40,160 bases of DNA from a bacterium (GTDB lineage Bacteria; UBA9089; CG2-30-40-21; SBAY01): contig JBFLYA010000007.1 of the NCBI GenBank assembly GCA_040757115.1, forward strand, positions 1-40,160. Direction: 5' to 3'. Below are positions 17,990-28,077 of the stretch, piece after piece. Made by a program: the position numbers and the translations under genes. A model generated the notes under the pieces. That model saw only the letters and a list, made by a program, of their open reading frames with translations, searched no databases and was not told the origin of the DNA. Each line of letters begins with the position of its first letter. Within the stretch, counting starts at the first letter, position 1.

Positions 17990-20023
17990 ATGGAACAGGC
18001 ATGGGATGTAGATGGTCATTTTAAACTTGAAACGAGAGGTTATGATGTTTTTCTAACTGTTTATCCTCCTATTGGTAAAGGGAGAAAAGTAGAATTAGAT
18101 GATGTTTTATCCACAGTTAGCCAGTGGGAAGATGCGGCTGTAGATATTCAACTCATAAGTTCACTCATAGCTGAGGATAATGAAACCGAGGGTAAAATCG
18201 GTGAGATTCAAACCCGACCTAAAGTGAATCGGGTATTGGTAGAAGTTACCCATGATGAAATGAAGGCTTATTTGACCCTCAATCAAGAAGTAGATGAACG
18301 CGAGATAGAACGAGAATTAAGACGAAATGAGGTGTTTCATAATGTAAATCACGAACTGATTAGTTATCTATTAGAAAAAAAGGAGTTTGGTAAACCAACA
18401 TTAATTGCTCAGGCTACTCCACCTGTCCACGGTGAAGATGCAAAATTAGAATATAAATTTAATCTGAATAATGAAATTCAACTAAAGGAAAAAGAAAATG
18501 GACGGGTAGATTTTAAGGAATTAGGAATTATCAATGTTGTTAATTCAGGACAAATATTAGTCATAAAAACACCTCCGACATTAGGTCTTCCAGGAATGAC
18601 AGTTAAAGGTAATGAAATTTACGCTAAAAATGGGCTCGATATACCATTACCTCTGGGTAAAAATACAGAACTTTCTGAAGATGGGCTTAAACTCTTATCT
18701 AAAATTGATGGTCAGGTAGTAGTTCGGGATAATAAAATCCATATAGAACCTGTTTTTGAAGTAAAAGGAAATGTGGATTATTCCACAGGAAATATTGATT
18801 TCCCTGGTTCAGTATTTATTGCGGGTAGTATCCTTGATGGTTTTCGGGTTAAATGCGGTGGTAATATCGAGGTAGGTGGTTGTATTGAAAAGGCTTATGT
18901 CGAAGCTGAAGGAAATATTATTGTTGGTGAAGGAATAATTGGAAAAGATGAAGGTATTGTTAAAACCCCAAAAAATATCTATGCTAATTTCGTAGAACAT
19001 GGCAATATAGAAGCAGGGGAAGATGTTATTGTTAATGAATCTATACGATACAGTCAGGTGGATGCTAAAAAGAAGGTTATTGTTCAGGGGAGGATAGGTG
19101 TAATTTTAGGTGGTAAAATACGCGCCGGAGAAGAAATAAATGTAAAAGTAATCGGCTCTGTTACTGGCACACCCACTATTGTTGAAACAGGTTCATTACC
19201 TTTATTAAGAGAAGAGGTAGAAAAGTTAAAACAGGAATTAATATCTGATGAAGAAAAATTCAAAGGTATAGAACAAGGAATAAAATATTTGTTTGATTTA
19301 AAAGAAAAAATGGGTAACAATTTCCCGGAAGATAAAGAAAAATTACTGGTGCAACATATCGAGGCAAAAAATACTTTAAAAGAAAAATTATATACAATGA
19401 GTATGGCGTTGCCTTTATTAGAAGCAGAAATACATCAAGCTAAAGAGGGAAAAATCTGTGCCTATAAAATCGTCTATCCGGGTGTAAAAATTTCAATCAG
19501 GTCAGTTAGTCTGGAAGTAGAAAATGAATATAGATTTGTTACTTTTACTGCGTTAGGTGGAAACATTAAAGTTGGACCTTATGAAGAACCTAAAGGGATA
19601 CAAATTGTTAAAGAAGAACTCCCACGAGGAAGAATTATATTTGAACCAAAACAAGAAAAAGAGCGAGTCCCTAAACCAAAATTACCGGTGATTAAAGAAT
19701 TAGAAGAACCACCGCCGCAAATAGCCAAACTTAAAATTAGACTTATTTCTGATGCGGTTAATGGTGTTAAACTCCAAAAATTAAAATTAGGAGATAAGGT
19801 TTATACCAAGATTTTAGATAAAAATGAATTAAAAGAGGTGCGAGATTTAATTACACTTAAGTCTGGTGGCGTTGTAGAAGCAACCATAGAAGAATTATTT
19901 GCCTTAGACCACGCAAGGTCTAAAATACTTGCAAGATTGGGGCCGGGAGTAACTGGCGAAACAATCGTTGCCAATAAATCAAAGGTAAAGGTACCAAAAA
20001 GAAAACTGCGGATATTTAAGTAA
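17990..20023 (+). CDS. FapA/DUF342 family protein
   Basis: GRVDFKELG, GNVDYSTGNIDFPGSV, beta-helix-like repeats, YPGVKISI; extra C-terminal domain. Confidence 0.88.
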   Translation: MEQAWDVDGHFKLETRGYDVFLTVYPPIGKGRKVELDDVLSTVSQWEDAAVDIQLISSLIAEDNETEGKIGEIQTRPKVNRVLVEVTHDEMKAYLTLNQEVDEREIERELRRNEVFHNVNHELISYLLEKKEFGKPTLIAQATPPVHGEDAKLEYKFNLNNEIQLKEKENGRVDFKELGIINVVNSGQILVIKTPPTLGLPGMTVKGNEIYAKNGLDIPLPLGKNTELSEDGLKLLSKIDGQVVVRDNKIHIEPVFEVKGNVDYSTGNIDFPGSVFIAGSILDGFRVKCGGNIEVGGCIEKAYVEAEGNIIVGEGIIGKDEGIVKTPKNIYANFVEHGNIEAGEDVIVNESIRYSQVDAKKKVIVQGRIGVILGGKIRAGEEINVKVIGSVTGTPTIVETGSLPLLREEVEKLKQELISDEEKFKGIEQGIKYLFDLKEKMGNNFPEDKEKLLVQHIEAKNTLKEKLYTMSMALPLLEAEIHQAKEGKICAYKIVYPGVKISIRSVSLEVENEYRFVTFTALGGNIKVGPYEEPKGIQIVKEELPRGRIIFEPKQEKERVPKPKLPVIKELEEPPPQIAKLKIRLISDAVNGVKLQKLKLGDKVYTKILDKNELKEVRDLITLKSGGVVEATIEELFALDHARSKILARLGPGVTGETIVANKSKVKVPKRKLRIFK

Positions 20024-20100
20024 TAGAGGAAAGATGGTGGGGTTAGACCTTGAAAGCAAAATTAACTTGATTAATTCTGCTTTCAAGGTGTAACCCGAAT

Positions 20101-20175
20101 GCGCCTGTAGCTCAGTATGGACAGAGCAGCGGTTTCCTAAACCGCGTGTCGGAGGTTCGAGTCCTCTCAGGCGCA
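20101..20175 (+). tRNA. tRNA-Arg(CCT)
   Basis: Acceptor GCGCCTG/CAGGCGC, D arm AGCTCAG...GAGC, anticodon arm GCGGT-TTCCTAA-ACCGC, T arm GGAGGTTCGAGTCCTCT; CCA not encoded. Confidence 0.96.
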
Positions 20176-20196
20176 CTTAAATATTTTAATATGATA

Positions 20197-20688
20197 ATGA
20201 AAGCCTATCTTGATATTGAAACCTCTTATGGAGGTGAAATAACCGTAGTCGGTGTTCTTTTAGAGACGGGAAATTTCACCCAACTTATTGGAAATGAAAT
20301 TACTTCATATTTTCTCTTGCAGATTTTAAAAGGAGTATCAACTATTTATACCTATAATGGCAGTAGGTTTGATTTACCTGTAATTAAGAAAAATATAGGG
20401 TTAGATTTAACTAAATATTTTGGCTCTTATGATCTGATGTTCGATTGCTGGCGACTGAATTTATACGGTGGATTAAAGAATGTCGAAAAAAAATTAAATA
20501 TCCCGCGTAAATTAAAAGGAATTACGGGATATGAGGCAATGAAACTCTGGCATCTATATCAGAATTACGGTGATACCCACGCATTAGCACTATTACTCGC
20601 TTATAATCGGGAGGATGTAGAGAATTTAGTTGTTTTAGAAAAAAGGTTATTTGGTAACTGTTCAGCCATTGATTATAGCGGTTATTAA
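20197..20688 (+). CDS. RNase H-like (YprB-type) exonuclease domain protein
   Basis: AYLDIET, TYNGSRFDLP, GGLKNVEKKL, YNREDVENL; C-terminus runs into a MITE. Confidence 0.88.
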   Translation: MKAYLDIETSYGGEITVVGVLLETGNFTQLIGNEITSYFLLQILKGVSTIYTYNGSRFDLPVIKKNIGLDLTKYFGSYDLMFDCWRLNLYGGLKNVEKKLNIPRKLKGITGYEAMKLWHLYQNYGDTHALALLLAYNREDVENLVVLEKRLFGNCSAIDYSGY

Positions 20689-21442
20689 CTGGAACTTTAC
20701 ATAGGATAATACCCATAAATAAGGCATGAGAATAATCGTTCCGTTAGGAACATAATATCGGTAGGAATAGATAGATAAATCAATCAGTTCCGTAGGAACG
20801 ATATATTGGTAGAAAATTTGTGAAACATTTACCGATATATTGTCCTTATGGGACATTATTTGTATGATATTTATTTCTACCGATATGTTGTCCCTATGGG
20901 ACATTAAATGAAGGATGAGGTAGAATTTTCACATTCTATTTTTTTCCACTTTATCATAAGAAATAGGGGAAGGCAAGCCAAATGGACATAATTGTCTAAA
21001 AATATAGAGAGTTATAGCACTAATTTGACATAGTGTAGTAATGGTTCACGCATAACTTGTTAATTCACTACGAGTAGTTACGAGTATTTAATTCTAAGTA
21101 AAGTTTTGAATAATAACTGCTATAACACTGATTAACACGGATGAATACAGAGGTCAGAAGACAGATGAGAAAGGGAGAAACGGAGAAGGAGAGGAGACAC
21201 GAGGCACTATACCTGAATTTTCAGCCTTCAGCCTAATTACGGACACGGATTACGAATTTTCAGTGTTTCATCTGTGTGCATCCATGGCTGAATATAGTAG
21301 TCATTAACGAAAATTTCTCATAGAACAGATATAGCAACATGGTTGAGGGTTTATAGTTTATAGTTGATAGTTTCATAGACTATCAACCATCAACTATCAA
21401 CAATACTAATGTGAACTTTTGGTTAATACTTACTATAGTTAC
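20654..21442. mobile_element. GTAA-ended MITE with two nested TA-ended insertions
   Basis: Left end GTAACTGTTCAGCC; right end GGCTGAA-TA-[21295-21435]-TA-GTTAC; second nested block 20674-21124 with CCGTAGGAAC/GTCCCTATGGGAC repeats. Confidence 0.75.
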
Positions 21443-21456
21443 AAAGGAAGATTTTG

Positions 21457-23214
21457 ATGAAAGAAATTAATTTGCCTTTGAATAAAGAGATAGTTAACTC
21501 GCTAAAAGTAGGTGATGAGATATTACTTAATGGCTGGTTCTACACCGCCAGGGATAAGGCACATCAAAGATTGGTTAAGAGCCTGGAGAAAAAAGAAAAA
21601 TTGCCAATTGATTTAAAAGATATAACTATTTATTACACAGGTCCTACAGCCGCAAAATCAGGAGAAATTATAGGTTCAGCCGGTCCGACGACCAGCTCTC
21701 GTATGGATGTATTCACACCAATACTTTTGAAAAATGGTGTGATTGGAACAATTGGCAAAGGAAAAAGGTCAAAAGAGGTTATTTCAGCAATGAAAGAATA
21801 TGGTTGTATTTACTTTATTACGATTGGAGGAGCTGGAGCATGGCTATCACAAAAAATTACACAAGCAAAAGTAATTGCTTACCCTGATTTGGGAACAGAG
21901 GCAATATTTCAATTTAAAGTAAAGGATTTTCCGGTTATTGTTGCTATTGATTCACGAGGTAATTATATTTATCAGAACGGTCCACTGACTGAAAATTCAG
22001 CATATCTATCTTCACTACAAAAAGATAAATCAGAGTTTGGAGACATCAGTCAGATAATAACAGTTTTTTTTAACCAAAAGAAAGAACTTGCTTTGGCAAA
22101 TAAACAACTTCAAGAAGCAAATCAGGCAAAGTCGCAATTCCTCGCCAATATGAGCCATGAACTCAGGACTCCTCTCAATTCCATCATCGGCTTCAGCGAG
22201 GTTTTATTAGAGGAGACCTTTGGTAGCCTCCAGGAAAAACAAAAAAAATATCTCTCTAATATCCTTACCAGTGGCAAACACCTGCTCATACTTATCAATG
22301 ATATTTTAGACCTTTCCAGGGTAGAGGCAGGTAAGGTAGAACTTAAGATTGAGGAGATTCTACCCAAAGAGATATTCAATGAGTGCCAGACATTAATTAA
22401 GAATATGGCATCAAAGAAGGGTATCTCGCTTGACTTTAAGGTTGAAGGCATCTCAACCATAAAAGCAGACCCGGTCAGGTTTAAGCAAATAATGTATAAT
22501 CTTCTCTCAAATGCGATTAAGTTCACACCGGAAAGAGGAAGGGTAGATGTCCTCGCAAGACCAGTAGACGAAATGGTGCAAATTTCTGTCCAGGATACAG
22601 GAATTGGAATTGCCAGGGAAGATCAAGAAAAGGTCTTTGAGGAATTTAAGCAAATAGATAGCAGTTATGCCAAGCAATATGCAGGGACAGGACTTGGTCT
22701 GCCCTTAACCAGAAAATTGGTAGAACTGCATGGAGGGAAAATCTGGTTAGAAAGCGAGCCTGGCAAGGGAAGCACCTTTACTTTTACCATACCCGAGAGG
22801 GTAGAGAGCAAACAGCAGGAAGCAGAATACAAAGTGCAGAAATTAGAAGATAAACCTACTATATTAGTCGTGGAAGATGAATCACAATCCAGGGAACTCT
22901 TGACCATTTATCTTGAAAAGGCAGGGTATCAGGTAGTTTATGCCGTAGATGGCGAAGAAGCTATCCGGAAGGCTAAAGAGATTAAGCCCTCTGCTATTAC
23001 ATTAGATCTTATCCTTCCCAAGAAAAGTGGTTTTGAAGTAGTGAAAGAATTAAAAAGCCTTCCTGAAACTAAAGAAATTCCTATAATCATTATCTCTATG
23101 ACAGATAATAAAGAATTAGGATTTAGCCTTGGAGCATCTGATTATTTGTTAAAACCTGTAGATAAGAACGAATTACTCTTAAAATTGAAAAAACATAGCG
23201 TTATGAAAAAATGA
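21457..23214 (+). CDS. Fe-S fumarate/tartrate hydro-lyase beta subunit fused to hybrid histidine kinase (HisKA-HATPase-REC)
   Basis: [40 protein letters not shown], then [35 protein letters not shown] and a receiver domain. Confidence 0.88.
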   Translation: MKEINLPLNKEIVNSLKVGDEILLNGWFYTARDKAHQRLVKSLEKKEKLPIDLKDITIYYTGPTAAKSGEIIGSAGPTTSSRMDVFTPILLKNGVIGTIGKGKRSKEVISAMKEYGCIYFITIGGAGAWLSQKITQAKVIAYPDLGTEAIFQFKVKDFPVIVAIDSRGNYIYQNGPLTENSAYLSSLQKDKSEFGDISQIITVFFNQKKELALANKQLQEANQAKSQFLANMSHELRTPLNSIIGFSEVLLEETFGSLQEKQKKYLSNILTSGKHLLILINDILDLSRVEAGKVELKIEEILPKEIFNECQTLIKNMASKKGISLDFKVEGISTIKADPVRFKQIMYNLLSNAIKFTPERGRVDVLARPVDEMVQISVQDTGIGIAREDQEKVFEEFKQIDSSYAKQYAGTGLGLPLTRKLVELHGGKIWLESEPGKGSTFTFTIPERVESKQQEAEYKVQKLEDKPTILVVEDESQSRELLTIYLEKAGYQVVYAVDGEEAIRKAKEIKPSAITLDLILPKKSGFEVVKELKSLPETKEIPIIIISMTDNKELGFSLGASDYLLKPVDKNELLLKLKKHSVMKK

Positions 23215-23250
23215 AAGAGAAATATATTGCTTTCTCGCTATAAAAATTTC

Positions 23251-23279
23251 TTGCAATAATTTTCTGCGTATGCTATACT
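23251..23279 (+). promoter_or_regulatory. Sigma70-type promoter
   Basis: TTGCAA-17bp-TATACT with extended TG. Confidence 0.55.
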
Positions 23280-23322
23280 ACAAATAGATAGTAAATAAAA
23301 AAAACATATATGGAGGGAAAAA

Positions 23323-23694
23323 ATGGCAAAAGAAAAGATACTGGTTGTTGATGATGAACCATTGAATAGAGAATTGGCTAAAGACCTGCTTGAGGTGGCA
23401 GGTTATGTCGTTTTTGAGGCCGGTGATGCTCATGAGGCAATAGAGCTGGCAAACAAGGAGAGGTTTGACCTTGTCTTGATGGATGTTCAACTTCCTGGCA
23501 TGGATGGACTTTCTGCCATAAACATAATCAAAGGAAATTCTATGAACAAAGATATGCCGATTGTAGCCTTGACTGCTTATGCCATGAAAGGAGATAAAGA
23601 AAGGATAGAATCAGCAGGTTGTGATGGGTATCTTACCAAACCTATTAATACTAAAGAATTTGCTCAAAGTGTTGCCGGGTTTTTGAGGGTTTAG
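23323..23694 (+). CDS. Single-domain response regulator (DivK/CheY-like)
   Basis: ILVVDD, LMDVQLPGMDG, ALTAYAMKGD, YLTKP. Confidence 0.93.
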   Translation: MAKEKILVVDDEPLNRELAKDLLEVAGYVVFEAGDAHEAIELANKERFDLVLMDVQLPGMDGLSAINIIKGNSMNKDMPIVALTAYAMKGDKERIESAGCDGYLTKPINTKEFAQSVAGFLRV

Positions 23695-23780
23695 AAGCAG
23701 AAAAGATTGAAGAATTTGTGTTGGAAAAGATAGATATTTCAGTTGAAGATATAAATAACTTTGTGGGCGAGGTTAAAATT

Positions 23781-24977
23781 ATGGGAACGAGAAAATCAAA
23801 GGTTTTAGTAGTTGATGATGAAGAATTTAATCGGGATTTGCTTGAGGCTATTCTGGTCACGCAATATGAGGTCATTATGGCTTGTGATGGATATGAGGCA
23901 CTGATAAAGGTTAATCAAGAGCCAATAGATATAATTTTATTAGATATTATGATGCCAGGATTAGATGGATATGAGGTCTGCAGGCAATTGAAGGAAAAAA
24001 AGGAGACAAGCTTCATTCCGATAGTAATGGTTACTGCATTAAGGGAGAAGGAAGATAGGATAAAGGGACTTGAGGCAGGAGCAGACGATTTTTTGACCAA
24101 ACCCATAGACCGGGCTGAGGTTTTAGCCAGGGTAAAATCACTGCTTCGCATTAAGCATCTAAATGATGACTTAACCGAGATTAACGCCACTTTAGAACAG
24201 AGGGTGAAAAAACAAGCAGAGGAATTGTGGCGGACTACCGCTGAAAAAGAACGACTCCAGAAAGAATTAGAGATTGCACGAAATATCCAGATGAGTTTCT
24301 TGCCGCAGATTATTCCTCAGATAGAAGGATTTGAGTTAGCCGCTATTAGCATCCCGGCAAAGGAAGTTGGAGGCGACTTCTATGATTTTATCCCGATTAC
24401 CGAAGATAGATGGGGATTAACCATAGGTGATGTCTCAGGAAAAGGTATTCCTGCGGCTTTGTTTATGGCATTATCAAAAACCGTTGTCAGAACTAATACC
24501 ATAGCCAATCCTCAACTACTTGATGCCATAAGTAAGGTAAATGAATTTATAGCTGAAGAGGCTACGGCAAATACTATGTTTGTTACTTTGTTTTATGCTA
24601 TCCTGGATACGAAGAAAAAGAATTTGCTTTACATTAATGCCGGACATAACCCACCCTTGCTTATTAGACAGGATGAGGTTGCAATCTTAGAAGGGAAAGG
24701 GATGGCACTTGGGGTCATTCCTGCGGTTGAGCTGGAAGAGAAGGAAATTTGGCTTAAAAAAGGTGATATGGTAGCCTTTTACACCGACGGCGCCACTGAG
24801 GCAATCAATGAACAAGAAGAACAATTTGGTGAGGAAAATTTGATACAGGTGCTTCGTGAGAATCAACAAATGTCAGCACAAGAAATTATTAACCGAGTTC
24901 AACAGGCAGTAACTATCTTTTCTGGGACTCAATCTCAGTTCGATGATATTACTTTGATGATTTTAAAGGTTGATTGA
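23781..24977 (+). CDS. REC + SpoIIE/PP2C phosphatase (RsbU/RsbP-like)
   Basis: Receiver domain, then EVGGDFYD, GDVSGKG, NAGHNPP, YTDG, DDIT; alternative start at 23718. Confidence 0.92.
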   Translation: MGTRKSKVLVVDDEEFNRDLLEAILVTQYEVIMACDGYEALIKVNQEPIDIILLDIMMPGLDGYEVCRQLKEKKETSFIPIVMVTALREKEDRIKGLEAGADDFLTKPIDRAEVLARVKSLLRIKHLNDDLTEINATLEQRVKKQAEELWRTTAEKERLQKELEIARNIQMSFLPQIIPQIEGFELAAISIPAKEVGGDFYDFIPITEDRWGLTIGDVSGKGIPAALFMALSKTVVRTNTIANPQLLDAISKVNEFIAEEATANTMFVTLFYAILDTKKKNLLYINAGHNPPLLIRQDEVAILEGKGMALGVIPAVELEEKEIWLKKGDMVAFYTDGATEAINEQEEQFGEENLIQVLRENQQMSAQEIINRVQQAVTIFSGTQSQFDDITLMILKVD

Positions 24978-24978
24978 A

Positions 24979-25128
24979 GGAGAAACGCTCATGAACCGGG
25001 GGGTTCACAAATGAGGATGAAAATAGTCGGTAGGAGATAGAAGGTAGGATGTAAGGAGATAGGCGTGAGGAGTGATGTTTTCTTTACTTTCTACTTTCTA
25101 CTCTCTACTTTCTACTTTCTATTTTCAG
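24979..25128. repeat. ~150 bp dispersed repeat, copy 2
   Basis: Highly similar to 4337-4485. Confidence 0.85.
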
Positions 25129-25144
25129 GAGGAAAGGAAAAAAT

Positions 25145-26428
25145 ATGCAGTCTCAAGATAAAGATTTTGCTTTATATACCTTGAATTACGCCACAAAATT
25201 GATTTACTCAGCTACAGATTTAAAAGGGCTGATAGAGGTGGCAATTGATATGTTTTTAGAACTGGCAGAAGCCAATTGCGGTTCTATAATATTACTTGAC
25301 TCTCAGGATTCTAGTCTAAAAATAGCCGTGGTAAAACGCCAGTATTCAACCATTTATAATTACCCGGAGAAAAGATTAGAGCCTGCTCCCAAATTAATTT
25401 TAGAGGTAATTAATGAAACTAAACCTTATTTCACCAATAATCCCGCTCAATTTCAAAACATAGGCGATGATTCAGGAAAAGATGCAAACTCTTTACTCTG
25501 TATTCCATTACTTGGTCAGGAAAAGGCGATAGGAGTCGTCTGCCTTTACTCCCAATGCAATGAATACGACCAGGATACGATTAATCTTATTTCTACATTA
25601 GCCACACAGGTTGGTGTCAATATAGAGAATGTTCGATTATATAAGGAGTTGGAGGAATGGGCAAAAGTGCTTGAACTCCGCGTCGCAGAACGGACTAAGG
25701 AACTGGCAGAGGCAAACGAAGAATTAAGAAAAATAGACCAGGCTAAATCAGATTTCCTCTCTACCGCGGCACACGAATTGAAGACACCTATGACCTCAAT
25801 CAAGGCTATTGCTCTGACATTGGTTAATAACCCTGATGAGGATATTGCTATCAGAACAGAATTTTTATCCCTTATTTCTTCAGAGGTTGACAGGTTGACC
25901 AGATTAATCAATGATATTCTGAATTTATCTAAAATAGAGGCGGGTATGCTGGAATGGGATATGAACCAAATATCTCTAAGAGATGTAATTAATCAGTCTA
26001 TTACCAATATCAATCCAGTAGCCTGCCAGAAGAAGATAAAGATTCAAATGAATATACCAGAGGGATTACCAAACATCACTGGTGATTATGAGAGATTGAT
26101 GCAGGTCGTGATTAATCTGCTTAGCAATGCCATTAAATTTACGCCAGAGGGAGGTGAGATAGAAGTAAGGATAAAATATAGACACCAACCCGAAGAAATA
26201 TTGCAAGTAAGTGTAACTGATAGCGGAGTAGGTATCGCCAGGGAGGATTTAGAGAAGGTATTTGATAAATTTAAACAGGTAGGTGGTAAAAAAACACAGG
26301 GCACAGGACTGGGACTGACTATCTGTAAGCAGATTATAGAACATCATGGCGGAAAGATATGGGTGGAAAGTCAATTGGGGATGGGTGCAACATTCCATTT
26401 TACTATCCCGGTCAGGAATAATCCATAG
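25145..26428 (+). CDS. GAF-domain sensor histidine kinase
   Basis: GAF (SLLCIPL...IENVRLY), [32 protein letters not shown]. Confidence 0.92.
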   Translation: MQSQDKDFALYTLNYATKLIYSATDLKGLIEVAIDMFLELAEANCGSIILLDSQDSSLKIAVVKRQYSTIYNYPEKRLEPAPKLILEVINETKPYFTNNPAQFQNIGDDSGKDANSLLCIPLLGQEKAIGVVCLYSQCNEYDQDTINLISTLATQVGVNIENVRLYKELEEWAKVLELRVAERTKELAEANEELRKIDQAKSDFLSTAAHELKTPMTSIKAIALTLVNNPDEDIAIRTEFLSLISSEVDRLTRLINDILNLSKIEAGMLEWDMNQISLRDVINQSITNINPVACQKKIKIQMNIPEGLPNITGDYERLMQVVINLLSNAIKFTPEGGEIEVRIKYRHQPEEILQVSVTDSGVGIAREDLEKVFDKFKQVGGKKTQGTGLGLTICKQIIEHHGGKIWVESQLGMGATFHFTIPVRNNP

Positions 26429-26615
26429 ATTTCACAGATGAAAGTAATGAAGTAATGGAGTGTTAATTTTAAATTCATTCCCCCATATTTCCATCACTTC
26501 ACTACTCCATATTATAGTGCTTCACGAAATAAAAGTAAGTAATCGGTTAACTGGTAATTGGTAACTAATTACCATTCACCAATTACCAGTTACCAAAAAA
26601 AAGGAGGTGGAAAAT

Positions 26616-28076
26616 ATGCCTGTAGTAACAACAGAAAAGATTGATTTAGGTCGATTGTTAGTGGACTACAAACTGATGACACAAGAGCAACTCAAAGAAG
26701 CAGAAAAAGTAGTTGCAGAAAAAAATAGGGATATAAGGGAAGTTCTAAGAGAATTAAACTATGTGAATGAAGGAGGAATCAATTATGTTTTGAGTAGTTA
26801 TCTTGACCTACCCTATGTCCATATCTCTCCTCAGATAGTTGACCCGGCAGTAGTCAAATCTATTCCCAGAGAGATACTGGAGAGGTATCGTATGGTACCT
26901 ATTGTTTGTCTCGACCATGAAATAGAATTAGTTATGGCTGATCCAACTGATGTGGAGGCAATCAAAGAGGCAGAAGGTATTACTCAGTGTTCGGCAAAAA
27001 TTTCTATTGGTCTGGCTGATGAGATTTTAGAGGTAATTGACCAGATTTTTGGGAAGGAATTAACTCAAATACCCAAACCACCGGAAGAAATTTTAGCCGA
27101 TACCTCAGGAGTAGCCTTTGTTTATCATCACTTAACAGAGGCAGTAACCGAAGGCGTCAGCGAGCTCTATATTGAGCCGACCAGCACCCAGCTAAGGATA
27201 CTTTACCGGATGAGGGATGGTAGGTTGGAGGAGAAAAAACCTCAACCTTTAAGCCTGTATCCAGGGATATGTGCTCGATTGAAGATAATGACTAACATCC
27301 CGGCTACCGGAAAAGAAAGCAATATCCTCACCAGAATTGGCGATAAAGAGGTGTATCTCCATACCTCTGTTTTATCCAGTATCAACGGTGATTGCTGGAC
27401 AATCAAAATATTAGAAAGACAAAAACAAATCTTTAAATTGGAGGAATTAGGGTTTCAAAATGAGTTGATAGAGCAAATAAGAACAATAATTAATCAGCCT
27501 TCGGGCGTAATTATCGTTACCGGACCACCAGGGAGTGGTCGGACAGCAACCTGCTATTCACTTTTATCCGAGGTCAGAAATAAGCGTGTGGTAACTATTG
27601 AGGAGGCAACCTCTTATCAAAACGATGAATTTATCCAGCTCGAATCAAAGGCAGATTCAGGGCTAAAATCTGCCATTTCTTCTGGGGCTGATATAATAAT
27701 GCTCGAAGATATGAGCCAGGAGTATGTCCTGAAACAGTGTTTCGATACTGCCTTAGCCGGGAAATTGATATTAGGTCAGATGTATCACCCATCTTGCTTT
27801 GACACCCTTGAGCAGTTAATCAAGGAGTTAGGTTCGACACTACTTGCAAATACCCTTTTAATGCTCATTGCCCGGAAAAAGGTTGTCGGGGCTGGAAAAG
27901 GTGTTAACTACCTCTATGAGGTGTTAATCTTTAATGAGCGGCTTAAAACCTTCCTGCGAGAGGGAGATTTAAAGAAGGTAAAAGAGGATGCAGAAAAGAG
28001 TGGATTTCGTTCCCTATCATCTCTCCTTAAAGAAAAAATGTCCGCAGGAACGATTAGTTTGAAGGAGGTGTTCTAA
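26616..28076 (+). CDS. GspE/PilB-like protein with MshEN-type N-terminus and degenerate ATPase motifs
   Basis: LGRLLVDYKLMTQEQLKEA, SELYIEP, LEELGF, GPPGSGRT; Asp box, Walker B and His box altered. Confidence 0.8.
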   Translation: MPVVTTEKIDLGRLLVDYKLMTQEQLKEAEKVVAEKNRDIREVLRELNYVNEGGINYVLSSYLDLPYVHISPQIVDPAVVKSIPREILERYRMVPIVCLDHEIELVMADPTDVEAIKEAEGITQCSAKISIGLADEILEVIDQIFGKELTQIPKPPEEILADTSGVAFVYHHLTEAVTEGVSELYIEPTSTQLRILYRMRDGRLEEKKPQPLSLYPGICARLKIMTNIPATGKESNILTRIGDKEVYLHTSVLSSINGDCWTIKILERQKQIFKLEELGFQNELIEQIRTIINQPSGVIIVTGPPGSGRTATCYSLLSEVRNKRVVTIEEATSYQNDEFIQLESKADSGLKSAISSGADIIMLEDMSQEYVLKQCFDTALAGKLILGQMYHPSCFDTLEQLIKELGSTLLANTLLMLIARKKVVGAGKGVNYLYEVLIFNERLKTFLREGDLKKVKEDAEKSGFRSLSSLLKEKMSAGTISLKEVF

Positions 28077-28077
28077 A

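Noticed and set aside
20101-20175. tRNA-Arg as the attachment site of an integrated island
   Set aside because: No integrase and no duplicated tRNA 3' end seen.
20738-20903. CCGTAGGAAC/GTCCCTATGGGAC repeats as a second CRISPR array
   Set aside because: Copies are imperfect, occur in both orientations and lie inside a nested MITE; they are REP-like.
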